Part shown: piece by piece, positions 40,989-54,160 of the stretch | Position numbering within the stretch: the stretch's first letter is position 1 | Layout of the letters: each line of letters opens with the position of its first letter | Assembly: GCA_964016885.1 (NCBI GenBank) | Contig: OZ024746.1 | Location: forward strand, 7,192,001 to 7,256,000 | From: Eledone cirrhosa | Taxonomy: Eukaryota | Reading direction: 5' to 3' | DNA length: 64,000 nucleotides | Program-made: the position numbers and the translations under genes | Notes under the pieces: model-generated | Told to the model about the DNA's origin: nothing | What the model saw: only the letters and a program-made list of their open reading frames with translations | The model's database searches: none

Positions 40989-43787
40989 AGTGAAAATGAG
41001 TTTTGTTATTTAGAGTATGTACCTGCCATATATCAGGGGTTGATTTGATTGACTATTCCTCTCTCCCCAAATGTGGCCTTCTGGTTATATTATAAATGAT
41101 GACTGTGTGTGTTGGAGCTCTTTTGTCACACTAAGGGCATGCCAATCTCACCAGTGCTGTGGCCATGATTGGATGCATCCAGTACATTCTGTAAAGTGGG
41201 TTGGTGTTAGGAAGGGTATCCAGCTGTAGAAGTCATACTAAAGAAAAGTACTGATTGAGTATTGCTGAAAAGCATTGCTACAAAAGAAATTTTACATTTA
41301 CAATAATAGTTCTTAGCTAAGATATAGTATTTGTCAATCTGTAGAGGGCTTTTACCATGATATTGTACTCTGTAGTCTTGTGGTCACAAAGAAATCTAGG
41401 TGTAGATGAATGGCTTGTAGAAGCTATGCCAGCTATGTACAGAGATGCAGTCAACAAGGTGAAAATTTGTGTTCAGTGAGAGAAAGGCAGAACTTGGACA
41501 AGTTAAAGGAAAAGCTGGATTTAAGAATTTGGGGTGGTGTGGAGGAGAAGACTGCATTGGTTTGGATATGTGATGTACATGGATGATGACCAATTAACTA
41601 TGTGGAATCAGCATTGCCAAAAGAATGATTCTATAAAGATCATCATCACCACCACCACCACCATTTTATATCTATTTTCCACTCCTGGTTGTCATGCTCT
41701 GAGGTCAGATGACTGTGTCTTGCTCATATGTTCCATCTTGGTATGGTTTCTATGGCTGGATGCTCTTCCTAACACTAACCACCTAGCAAGGTGGACTTTT
41801 TGTTTTCTTTTTCCTTTTGTGGCACCAGCACTACCACTTTACAGTGTTGACTGGTTGCATTTATTGTGGCACCAGCACTACCACATTTCAACACTAAGGC
41901 ACTTGTATCTTTGGCTGGGTTGGGAGGACAGTGATAGGGAGTGAAGGTGGGAATGAGACCAAGGTTTAGGCTGCCTGTTACAAACCCTTGGACAAAGGGA
42001 TAGCCTATGAGTGAGCCTAGCTTTTCATGCTGGCATGGTTCAGCCTGAATCAGATGGGCAAATTTGGGGTTAAATTTGGCAGTGTAAGTTATTGTTCAGT
42101 CCCAGATCAACTTTAATGAAATAGATGTATGATGAGACATTCCAGCTATGACAATTCCATCTTATTTTTAGATATTATATAGAGGACAATGTTATTTAGT
42201 TTGTACTCTTTTAAGGGAGTAGTGGTTTGAGGGAGATTTGGCTGTTGTTTCCAGCAAGTCAAGTAAGCATATAGAGGCTTCCTTGTTGGCTTTCCCTAGT
42301 TGTTTCAGTGAAGGTGGTTGCTGACAGTTCAATTGCTTATTAATGCTCTGAAGATAAACCATTAGATTATTTAATGGACAAACTAAATTTATCTTACTAT
42401 GAAGTATAAATGACTTAAGGTTAATTGCTGAACATTGAAGTGTATTAACAGTAAAAAGCAGGTTATTGTTCAGTTGACTTGTTTCTCTTTAAAAGTTGTC
42501 TTCTCCCACTCCAAGCTATTTTGCATGGCTTAAAATGATCACACTTCTCTAAGCATGGTTTCACTTCAATTTCAGTTGGATCAACTATTATTGTAAGGTT
42601 TAAAAATAGATCTCCCCCCTCCTCTTTCTAAAAGGAAAAAAAAAAATAGAAATTTAAAACTAACTTGTCTTTCCTGATACTAACCCTTGATTATTTTTTA
42701 AAAAGGTGATGTACTACTGATCTTTGTATATCACACTGGTGAGCTATGGTCCATTTGTTTCTGCAAGATATAAACAAATGGCATTGTTAGTTGTGTCAAA
42801 TACAAAGTGAAGACATTGTTTTTGGCACAACTAAAGACATACATAAACATTAAACGTAGACACAGATATATATATATATATATACATGCATATTTTGCTT
42901 AAGTTCCTGTTTTGGTTTCTATGGATGTTCTTCCTATCATCAGCCATTTATAGAGTGTACTGGGTGCAATTTATCATGGCTCCAACACCAGAGAGGTTGT
43001 CATATCCTTGATTTTGTTTGGCATGGTTTCTGTAGCTGGATGCCCTTCCTAACAGTAACTACTTTGGCCCTACTTCAGTATTGACTTGGTCTATGTAGAC
43101 CTATCCAACCTGTCTAGCAGGGAAAGAGACATTAAATGATCGTTTCTGTGTATATGTGGGCTTCTATACAGTTTCTGTCAACCAAATTTCAGTCAAAAGG
43201 CATTGGTTAACCCAAGAGTATAGTAAACACTTGTGTCCCCTAGTTGGATTGAACCTGAAACCATATGGTTGCAAAGGGAACTTCTTAACTGCATATCTGT
43301 ATCTTTAAATATATTCATAAATATATCAAGTTTTATAAATTTACTAAATGTAATCATATTTAGTTTTACAGTGAATAGATTTGGTCGGCGAAAACTGTAG
43401 TAAAACATAGAGTACTAAAGTATCAGTTATGAGAAAGCTGGAGAGGAGATGCCCTAGAAATGTCATATGTTGGTATGGTACCCCTACAGCTCTCTCAGGA
43501 GTTACGGGATACAAGGATGATTACAAGTTGAGGAAACCTTTACATAGATGTATTACCTGCTAGAAATAGCCAAGTTTTACTTGTATGATTGTCTACTGTC
43601 TTAAAAGGAAGAAACACATTGAACAGCAAAATCCTAGATAACCAATGCATGAAAAAAATGACGTGATTGTCACAGCTGGTGTGTCTTTCATTATAGGTCT
43701 GCTTAACCGAGTCTTACCTGGGGTTAAATGTGGATAAATACTTGCTAATTTTTAAACAGTTGATGACCTAACTTTTCTTTATTTCAG

Positions 43788-43931
43788 TGTGGAGCGGCTA
43801 TTTAACCAGCTTGTCCAATTCCAACACCCTGCTCTGGAGCCACTTATTATCACGAGTGAGGGTGTGTTGTCCGTTAAATCTGAGTACCTCTGTGATCCTA
43901 AAGCTCTGTATATTTTATTTTACATTCATGG
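43788..43931 (+). CDS. GGNBP2: GGNBP2 coding exon (SVERLFNQLV..LYILFYIHG)
   Basis: tttcag| acceptor, GG|gtaagt donor, 144 nt, phase 2-2; PALEPL and LY.LFY.HG motifs. Confidence 0.95.
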
Positions 43932-44029
43932 GTAAGTATTATCTATTTTTATTCCCCTAATTTCAGATAGGTAACCAGCTCATATCTGGAATTGTATTCA
44001 TGAAATAAAATATTTATTTTGTAAGGATG

Positions 44030-44985
44030 GTAGTTTTATTTTATAGAACCAGATCTGGTTTTGGCCAGGTTGGTAACTAACGGGTTAAAATGTGTGGTTT
44101 TATTTCATAGAACCAGGGCTGGTTTTGGCCAGGTTGGTAACTAACGGGTTAAAATGGGTGGTTTTATTTTATAGAACCAGATCTGGTTTTGGCCAGGTTG
44201 GTAACTAACGGGTTAAAATGGGTGGTTTTATTTTATAGAACCAGATCTGGTTTTGGCCAGGTTGGTAACTAAAGGGTTAAAATGTGTGGTTTTATTTCAT
44301 AGAACCAGGGCTGGTTTTGGCCAGGTTGGTAACTAACGGGTTAAAATGGGTGGTTTTATTTCATAGAACCAGGGCTGGTTTTGGCCAGGTTGGTAACTAA
44401 CGGGTTAAAATGTGTGGTTTTATTTCATAGAACCAGGGCTGGTTTTGGCCAGGTTGGTAACTAACGGGTTAAAATGGGTGGTTTTATTTCATAGAACCAG
44501 GGCTGGTTTTGGCCAGGTTGGTAACTAACGGGTTAAAATGTGTGGTTTTATTTCATAGAACCAGGGCTGGTTTTGGCCAGGTTGGTAACTAACGGGTTAA
44601 AATGGGTGGTTTTATTTCATAGAACCAGGGCTGGTTTTGGCCAGGTTGGTAACTAACGGGTTAAAATGGGTGGTTTTATTTCATAGAACCAGGGCTAGTT
44701 TTGGCCAGGTTGGTAACTAAAGGGTTAAAATGGGTGGTTTTATTTCATAGAACCAGGGCTGGTTTTGGCCAGGTTGGTAACTAAAGGGTTAAAATGGGTG
44801 GTTTTATTTCATAGAACCAGGGCTGGTTTTGGCCAGGTTGGTAACTAAAGGGTTAAAATGGGTGGTTTTATTTCATAGAACCAGGGCTGGTTTTGGCCAG
44901 GTTGGTAACTAAAGGGTTAAAATGGGTGGTTTTATTTCATAGAACCTGGGCTGGTTTTGGCCAGGTTGGTAACAAATGGGTTAAA
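44030..44985 (-). repeat. About 15 tandem 64-bp copies of the same MITE left end, reverse orientation
   Basis: GGGTTAA at 44082, 44146 and so on (period 64); reverse complement matches TTAACCC(T/G)TTAGTTACCAACC. Confidence 0.93.
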
Positions 44986-47281
44986 AATATAGTATGAAAA
45001 TGTTTTTGTTTTTTATGAAAGTAGTTATTTATGTAAGATATTTTCTGTGATAAATTCAGAAAATAACATTGCTACAAAGTTATTGGTCTAGAATATTCTC
45101 CGTAAATAATATTTCTGATGAACTATCTTAATATATCCTTGTTTTTAAATATATTATTCTATTCATGTAAATAGCTAGTTTCAGACTAGAGAGCAAAAGA
45201 AGTCAGTCACATGGTTTATCTGCCATACTATCATATTTGTTGTTAAATCTACTTGGCTATCAGGCAGGACTGTTAAACTGCTGCTTGCTACATATTAAGC
45301 TAGTAAGTATATTGATTGGGAGATGGGCACAGGAACAAAAACAAAATAAAGCATCAAACAATTTACAGTCATCACCATGTTTCTTATAAAAAAACACTGC
45401 CTGTAATATTTAAATAGTTTTGAAAATAATAAAAGATTTAGTAATACAACTGTTTCCCTATTAAGTTAGTGTTTGAAGCATATAACTTAATAATGGTTTC
45501 TACTTTTGGCACAAGGCCAGCAATTACCCAGTGCATTACTGGTACTTTATTTTATCGATGCCGTAAGGATGAAAGGCAAAGTTAACCTCGACAGAATGGT
45601 TCATCATCATTGTTTAACATCCACTTTCCCTGCTAACAATGGTTGGAGGGGTCTACGTAGACCAAGTCAGTACTGAAGCGGGGGGCCACTGACGTCATAG
45701 ACTAAGGTCTGTATCCCGTTTATGTATGGTTGTTATTAAGTGCAGAGGTGAATTGTCGTGCCTTGCATGGAATTATAATGAAAGCTTTTCAGATAAACAT
45801 TATAAAACAGTTTTGTATCATAGAACCAGGGATAATTTCAGGAGATTTAGTATTAAAAGGGTTATTTTGCTGAGGTGCTTTTAGTAGCTAGCGTCCACTC
45901 TGTTGCAAGCATTTAGATCAGGTCGTTGGTCTAAGGATAAGCCTGGAGTTGGGGTCTCTCCTTTTCCTCCTTCTACTCTTGTTTTCAAGGGGTACACGGA
46001 CATGGATAGGGAAGTTTGTTCTTTCATGACAGCATTTCTAATAAAATACATTCTATTTTAATTAATGAACAATTTTGAGGGATTTACTAAAATTATTATT
46101 TCATTACTAAGCTAGTAACTTAATGTAAAGTTCTTATATAAAATTATATTGAAAGATTTGAATTTAAATTGGAATCCTTTAAAATTTTATTTCACCAATT
46201 TTAAAGGGCTCTTATTTAAATTGAAATCTTCTAATATAATTTGACAAAACTTTTTATGATACAAATACCATATTTATAATAAAATAATCAATAATTTTAA
46301 TAAATTGCTCTAAATTCTTAATAAATTAATTCCAATATATTGTATTTCATTAGCAATAGTTATGAAAGAGTTAAACACATGCACTAGAACAGATTATTCT
46401 TACTGTTTTAGCCTCAATAATGTTATAATATTTTTAAGGTTTCAGGCAGTTTTCTAGCAAAAGGATTAAACAGGGTTAGGGTGCTAATTTTCTTTTTCCT
46501 GGTGTGTCTTTAATATTGAAAAGTAAATCTTATTACAAGTATGAGTTGAACATGACACCTTAAAGTGTCATGTACAGCTTACTATTGTAATTTAGAAAAG
46601 GAGGTATTTTTGTGAGCTATGAGAAGTTAGTTTTGACATTTCAGGTAGAACACCATCATCATAATCATCCTTTTCTGTCTGCTTTCCACACTGGGGTTGG
46701 ATAGGTCATCATGGTCTGAAATTAGACAAGTGTACTGGCTGTGTTTTATCATGGCACTAAGTCTACTGGGTGTATTTTATAGTGGCACCACCACTCGAGA
46801 AGTTACTGTATGCTTGGCCAGACTGAAGAGTTCTCTCAAGCCCTATGTCTCCGTTTCATTGCCAGACACTACAACCCCTGGTCTCTCACCACATTTACTT
46901 TGTGTTGTGGTGCTTCTACTGGTGGATTATGGCATAACTTCTACTGGTATTATGGCATAACTCACTTCTCATGCCAGACTTATAAAAAAAAAAATTTATT
47001 AGCTTTTTTTTAAAAATCTTCTGAAGCAATCCTTTGCTAGTTTGCTGTGACTCAAGATTTTTATTTATTTATAGTTTCTCATATAAACCAGAACAGACCC
47101 CTCCCCCTCACCTGACTTGATTTTCATTGTGCCTGTAAAATGAAAAAAAATGTCTTTGTTGTTTCTTTCCATTGTTACAAGTAAAACTGTATTCTAATTG
47201 TGTATTGTTCATCATCACCAGCACCATCATTGTTTTTATGTCATTTCTATGTTGGTATGGGTTCTAAATAAAATGTCTGTC

Positions 47282-47666
47282 TCAAGCCCAGAGGCTTGTC
47301 AGGCTGGAATTTATCCTGATTTCTGTGGTGTTAAACGACAGAGTATAAGACTTGACCCTGGTCAGGACACAAGCCTATCGCAGGGTTAAAGTCTATCTCC
47401 AGCTTGCAAGCTCATCAGGCCAGTATTTATCCCAGTTTCTGTGGCGTTAAGAGACTGGGAGTACAAGACAGACTTCTCCCTGGACAATACACCAGTCCAT
47501 AGCAGGGTTAAACCCCCAGCTATTGCGGCTACTCATTTTCAGCTGGGTATACTGGAGCAACATGAAATGAAGTGTTTTGCTCAAGAATGCATCATTCAAC
47601 CCAGTCCAGAAATTGAACCCATGACATTATTATCTTAAATCTAACACCCTTACCACTAGGCCACGT
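47282..47666 (-). mobile_element. tRNA-derived SINE family B with duplicated 3' part
   Basis: Minus-strand TGGCCTAGTGG A-box and GGTTCAATT B-box; body matches 26627-26894. Confidence 0.7.
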
Positions 47667-48455
47667 GTCTCTGCATGGGTTGAATGGGATTTTTGTGACA
47701 GTTTAAAAAAAAATTTTTTTTAAATTATTACTGGATGCCTTTCCTGATGCCAACCCTTTGCCTTTTATGACACTACAAGGGGATCTGGTGTAGCTATTCA
47801 AGTCTGTGACTTACAATGGGAAGTTTTCAAATCAATGTGTCTAAAAAGCTGCAGTAAGCCTTGTAAACAGGGTTATTGTCCTAATAACTGAAGAGACTAT
47901 TCCTACCAGTGCTTGTTCTTGAGACGGAACTCTTAATCGGCATAGCTACAAATAGGTTACATATAGAAGTACAGCTGGCAACTCTATGTGAGTAGTTTGT
48001 TGCTACTCTGTTATAATTTAAGGGTTTTGCTGGGTTGAAAAAAGAGTAGTAGAGAAAGGGAGGGGGTTGTTAGCTATCTCCTCTTTTGGGGGCAACAAAA
48101 CTAACCATCCCATTGATGGGTTTCAGAACCCTTGCTTAGGTGAGCTTGATCAATTTATTTATACTTTATCTTATCTGCATGAAATAATGAACTGACTAGC
48201 CAGATTAGTGTTTTTGATGTCTGACAATGTTGTTGGTTACTTCTGCACTAGCATGCGTGTGGACACACTCACACTGCAAATGATGGAGCCCTGAGATAAT
48301 AATGAAATTATTGTGTAGAGTGCTCAGGTGCACTACAATGGTGGTTGGTCAAGCTGCTAGAAATAGCAGGCAAGATGTGGGAAGTAGGGTGCATGGGATG
48401 ATGCAATCCTAGATAATGCTGAAGGAAAGACGGGATAACAGCTAGAACATTTGAT

Positions 48456-48805
48456 TAGTGGTAGTGATGGTGGTGTTGGTTATGGTGGTAGTGGTGGTGG
48501 TGTTGGTTATGGTGGTAGTGATGGTGGTGTTGGTTATGGTGGTGGTGTTGGTTATGGTGGTAGTGATGGTGGTGTTGGTTATGGTGGTAGTGGTGGTGGT
48601 GTTGGTTATGGTGGTAGTGATGGTGGTGTTGGTTATGGTGGTAGTAATGGTGGTTATGGTGGTGTGGTGGTGGTTATGGTGGTGTGGTGTTGGTTATGGT
48701 GGTGTGGTGTTGGTGGTGGTGTTGGAAATGATTGTGTTGATAGTAGTGGTTATGGTGGTAGTGTTGATGGTTATGGTGTCGTTTGTGTTGATAGTAGTGA
48801 TGTTG
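48456..48805. repeat. Degenerate (GGT)n / 27-bp repeat
   Basis: GGTGGTAGTGATGGTGGTGTTGGTTAT units. Confidence 0.9.
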
Positions 48806-49537
48806 TGATTTGGGGGGGGGGGGTCAAGAGTCAAACCACGTACAAGTCTTAGTTTCTTAATATACAGAAGCTGCTTGCACAAGTTAAACAAGAAAAACTC
48901 GCTGACCTAATAAGAAGGAAAACAATACACTTAAAAAACAATCCAAATAAAAAGCTACGTTCTTATTGAGGACAACATGTCACTATATTTGTAAGATTTG
49001 TTATTGTAATGTCTGTTGTTGTGGAAGAACTGGTTCTATATAACAATTATATAATATTTAGGTGTGGGATATTAGTAGTGGTCGGAGAAAGAGTAGCAGA
49101 TGATAGTCTTGTTTATATACCATGGAGACTTGTATTCTGTATACTATAAACAAAGCCTTTATCTGCTAGAAACCACAGCCAAATATCCTATCTTATAGGA
49201 GGATGCTGTAGATGTATATAAGGCTCAACAAAATATGGGGCTGTCAAAGCTACAAATATTTTTGACTACAGGTCTGTGCAATCAAGGTTGACCTGGGGTT
49301 AAACAATATCGGGAATGTATCTTTTTTTTTTATGATGATAGGGAGAGATTTGGTTGTTTTTAGCAAGTCAAATAACAAAACTCTATCTAATCCTTGAATA
49401 TAGGAGGTTTTATTTCATAGAACCAGAGCTGGTTTAAGCCAGGTTGCTATCAAAAGGGTTAATAGCTTAGTTATTAGTAGTCATTCCATTGGGTTCAATT
49501 TAATTTAGTTGGCATTTTAATGTAAGCAGTTCTGAGT

Positions 49538-50055
49538 TTAAGGAAACTAGGTGTAAAGGAATGGCTTGTGAGGACAGTGCAAGCTATGTGCAGGGGTGCT
49601 GTCAGTAAAGTGAGAGTAGGAATGGAGTTTAGTGAGGAATTCCAGACAAGTAGGAGTGCATCAGGGTTCGGTCCTCAGCTACTCTTGTTCATTATAGTCT
49701 TCCAAGCCATAACAGAGGAGTTTAAGACTTGCTGCCCATGGGAACTTCTCTATGCTGACGATCTGGTACTTATAGCAGAATCAGTAGAGGAGCTAGAGAA
49801 TAAATTCTGGCTATGGAAACAGTAGTTGGAATCAAGAGGACAGAGTGAAACTAGCTAATACAAAAGTGTTAAGTAGAAAAGAGGACAAAACTCTGATTCC
49901 ATCAGGGAAATGGCCATGTTCGGTATGTAGGAAAGGAGTTGGCATAAATACTATAAAATGTACACAATGCAGATCTTGGGTACACAAGAGATGTAGTGGG
50001 ATAGCAGGCAAAATAACAGGTAGTGGAAACTACATATGCAGTAGATGTACAGTTA
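49538..50055 (+). mobile_element. Older RTE LINE fragment (RT YADD + PHD-like finger)
   Basis: CPWELLYADDLVLIAES; GKWPCSVCRKGVG..CTQCRSWVHKRCSG..CSRC. Confidence 0.9.
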
Positions 50056-50400
50056 ATCTATGTTGACATTTTATGAGACAAACTAATCCTTTTGTTCTGT
50101 CGTGATTGTTTTAATCTACTCTTCTTTTCAGGGAAAAACACAACAAAAAAGACTATCAGCCATTTGTCTAATGAAGAAAAATCTGAAATTAATATTTATC
50201 TTGACATCTTTGAGCTTCTTCCAGAATACATTAGAGTGTATGTAGGCGACATGACCCTGTAAATGACACTCATTTAAATAACAAACCAAATTAAACATTT
50301 ATTTGGGTCTTCTTTGTTATATAGGTGTGGATTAAATTAACAATGCTTTCTTCTAGTTAATCTTCTCTTATATTTTACCTGCCAGATTAACTCAGTGCTC

Positions 50401-50444
<44 letters not shown>

Positions 50445-51956
50445 CATCATCATCACCGTTTATTGTCCATTTTCCAAACTAGCAAGTGTTAGATGAGTTG
50501 CCTCTTTTTGTGACAAGCCAGGTCAGATGACCATGTCTTGTTCATACAGAACTGTTTTGGGCTTGGTTTCTATGGCTGTATGCCCTTCCTAACACCAACC
50601 ATATTTACAATGTGCTGGATGCTTTTTGTCGTGACATCTACACAACCACTTTACAGTGTGGGCTGGGTTTTTGTCGTGACACCTACTCGACCATTTTACA
50701 GTCTGTACTGGGTGCATTTTACCATTACACCTACACAACCACTTTACAGTGTAGGCTTGGCTGCTCTTAGCTCAGCTGGTCTTTCCTGCTGAATATTGAT
50801 GTAATTATTTCGCTGTAATGTTTGACTTGAAAGAAAACAAACCCCCAGTAACCAATGGCAGAACATCTAGGCCAGTGGAAATTTCTAATCCCTCAGAAGG
50901 GTTGTTTTTTTATTGTATTAAATTATGGATTTAATTTCTACTATCAATAGCTTCCTCTTCCTGAACCCAATGAACTGATAATCATGTTATATCGAGCTTA
51001 AATTGATCCATCTCTTGTTTCTCATAATTATCTAGTTGAAAATACTCTCCCGAATTAGGTCACTTTAAATTTACACTGGATTTGTTTGTTTTTCTTTTAA
51101 AATTCTGTTTATTTATATATATATATGTATGTATCTCTTCCTAGTTCTTCCACCCCAGATCTCCTTCCTTGTCTTTTTTTCACCTTTTCGCCTACCCCGA
51201 TGCAGCCCATCAGTCCTCTGTAGCCTCAGTACCCCCACCCCCTTAATTTTAAGATAGAATTGGCCGATTACGCCTTTTACAGCAGATGTGTTAGACCCCA
51301 GTAAATTGTTTTCTTTCTGGTTGCTGCTCCATTTCTGTGATTTCTAAATTTCTTAGTGGTATTTTTGTATTAGTATCCGTGTATTAGTATTTCTGTATTA
51401 GTATTCTGAATTAATATTTCGTATTAGTATTTTTGTAGTAGTAATTTAGTATTTTTGTTTTTAACCTGTCATTGTAAGATAGCATTGGCTGATTACTAAC
51501 TAACTATCGCAGTGGTGTTAGACCCCCCGTAAAGCCGGCTTTATAAAATTCTTTCACTACAATCTCCAGTATTTTTCTCCACCTATTAAACTTTTCTATA
51601 GCTTAGCAATACCAATGAGAGATTTGGTGATTGTGGAAGGGGAGTAGTAACCAGAAATTGTTTATTATATATTGGTTTTGTTGTTTACTCCCTTTCGATT
51701 TACCTATTCTTTCAACTCCCCGCCCCTCCCCTTCTCCAGTACACTTTTCTTGACCTTCTATACACTAACCATAGAATCTGCTGTATAGATTTCACTTTCA
51801 ACGCTTGACTGGGTTTCCCCCACTCCTTCTTTTTTCTACTACCCCCTAGTTCAGCTACCCCTACCTCCCACCAAATGCCATGATAGAATCATCTGTCTTT
51901 GCAATAAATTTTTGACCAATCCTTTTGACAATTACTATCTTCCCATATAAGGAATT

Positions 51957-52052
51957 ACCCCCTGAGAAGTTCGGCTATTTATTTACCAGGCTAAAAATTC
52001 TTATTTAGTCCAGAATTAGCCATTGAAACGGCTTGAGCTCTGCCATCGGGGT
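51957..52052 (+). ncRNA. Degenerate type-I hammerhead ribozyme (putative Penelope-like pLTR)
   Basis: ACCCC-CTGAGAA(mutated core)..GGCTA/TAGCC..GAAA-CGGC-TTGAGCTCT-GCCA-TC-GGGGT; the copy at 12684 preserves GCCGTC. Confidence 0.55.
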
Positions 52053-52143
52053 CATACTTGTTCCTATTACCCACTCTACTACCCTAAGTATTGAGTACTT
52101 TGGTGCGTTATGGTCCATCTGGTTCCTTACCACATTTCCTTTG

Positions 52144-52181
<38 letters not shown>

Positions 52182-52242
52182 GTAGAACACTGGAAGGTAA
52201 TATCCGTAGTGGTAGAGCACTCAGTCCATGGGACGAGTTAGG

Positions 52243-52399
52243 TAGAAGTGGTTACACAACAGTTAGTTCACCATACTGAGAACAATTGTTTCACCTTAGC
52301 AGATCTTCAGCTCGTAATGATCCATTACGAGCTGGGGATCCACTAAGGTGAAACAATTGTTCTCGGTTTGGTGAACTAACTGTTGTGTAACCACTTCTA
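52243..52399. repeat. Palindrome with 77-bp arms, each carrying a minimal hammerhead motif
   Basis: 52243-52319 vs 52323-52399: 6 mismatches, 3-nt loop. Confidence 0.92.
52278..52313 (-). ncRNA. Minimal hammerhead ribozyme with palindromic stem III
   Basis: GAG-CTGAAGA-TCTGCTAAGGT-GAAA-CAATTG-TT-CTC; GUU site; weak stem II. Confidence 0.65.
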
Positions 52400-52548
52400 T
52401 ATATATATATATATACCAAAGTTCTGACAAGTTCCTGGCTGTTACCTTTACAGGGGAGGTAGGACCACTGCAATAAGGGTATAAATCTGAGAGGGGAATA
52501 TGTTGAATATCATAATTAATTGATCCTCCTGTATTTTCTTTTCCCCGG

Positions 52549-52585
<37 letters not shown>

Positions 52586-52608
52586 ACATATATATATATA
52601 TATATATA

Positions 52609-52938
52609 GGAGGCACATGGCTTAGTGGTTAGAGCATTGGCCTTGCAATCGAAAGGTTGTGAGCTCAATTCTCAGACCGGGTGATGTGTTGTTTCCTTGA
52701 GCAAGACACTTTATTTCACATTGCTCCAGTTTACTCAGCTGTAGAAATGAGATGATAGGGACTGGGGTCCCTATCATTCCACTGCAAAGTGGTCGTGGAG
52801 GTGCCACGGCAAAAAAGCACCCAGCACTCGCTGTAAATGAGGTTGGTGTTAGGAAGGGCATCCAGCTGTAGGAATCAAGCCAGAATCAGTTCCCGTCCCA
52901 CCCTTGCAAGCAGGGAAAAGCGAACGTAAAATGAAATG

Positions 52939-52944
<6 letters not shown>
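52609..52944 (+). mobile_element. tRNA-headed SINE with an RTE-LINE-derived 3' tail
   Basis: TGGCTTAGTGGTTAGAGC head; tail GGTTGGTGTTAGGAAGGGCATCCAGCTGTA..(GAT)n matches the RTE 3' UTR at 16837-17010 and 28358-28520. Confidence 0.8.
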
Positions 52945-53002
<58 letters not shown>

Positions 53003-54092
53003 AAACACACACACACACACACAACTGTCTTATTTTTAAGATGCATATCTGAGGAACTTACCTAACTATTTGTGTATGTGAGAGAGAGAGTGTGTGAATA
53101 ATAATAATAATATGAAAATTGTGTACAGTGCTCAGGTGCACTACAACAGTGTGAGAGAGAGTGAGTGAGTGTGTGTGTGTACATATCAATTTACAGATGA
53201 AAAAGGGTGCTAGAGAAGAGAGGTGGGGAGTAGGAAATTTCTAGAAGTACTTCATGAGAGATAGCCTTGTTGACCTAAAAAAGATGAACAATCAATAAAA
53301 CCCTGCTAATATAGGTTCAGTGTTAAGACATTGAAAACATCTCAATGGTTTCTACTTAAATTGATTAATGAGTGAAGTAGTAGTCTGCTCTGATGAAACA
53401 CCCTGGCCACTACTATCACCTAATTCCTAACATTAAGTCATTATGATATTATTGGAGGGGGGTATTTGTTGTTATTGAACTGTTGTTAGTGTATTTAGTT
53501 ATTTTATTTGTTTATCTTGCTGGCTTAGTCAGAAGTGGAAGGGCAGCACTTATGAACATTTTTGTAGGAACTACAGGGGAACTGGTTGGGGGTAAGTGAA
53601 AGAAGAAGCTATGACTCACAGGTTGCTGGAGTAGGAGGAAGCTGTGTAATTCCATCAATTTATTCTCAGACCAAGGACCTCATCTCATGTACTTTACTTA
53701 ATAACAACCAAGAACCAGTTAGTAGTGTTTAAATTAGGCATCTCATTAAGCCTACCACCCTCAAAACATGGACAGTCCATCCCATCCAATAGATTGTTAA
53801 TCAGTGTAACTTCATTAATTTAACCTCAGACTGAATATTTCATCTAAACACTTGCTACAGAATGGACTTTTCTTAATAATAGTCAAGAGCCAGTTATGTT
53901 TAGACCAGGCATCTCAATATGCCCACCACCCTAAGAAACATGACCAGTCCATCCCAACTCATACGAATGAAACAGTTCTAGTCCTGTAGAAGTCATTTCT
54001 ATAGATAATAAAGGTGCCTGTACTCTACCAATGTATTAAGTACCTTTTTCAATTGTGACTACCCCTCCCCTCAACACAACTCTGGAATCCAT

Positions 54093-54160
<68 letters not shown>

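Noticed and set aside
47390-47420. Minus-strand CTGATGA with a GCTT/AAGC stem
   Set aside because: Part of the SINE-B tail; lacks GAAA and stems I and III
47884-47948. CTGAAGA..GAGACGGA..TCGG hammerhead-like motif
   Set aside because: Too many core and stem mismatches
48451-48852. Gly/Tyr-rich structural-protein-like ORF
   Set aside because: Degenerate (GGT)n repeat within an intron; no ATG start, signal peptide or convincing splice context
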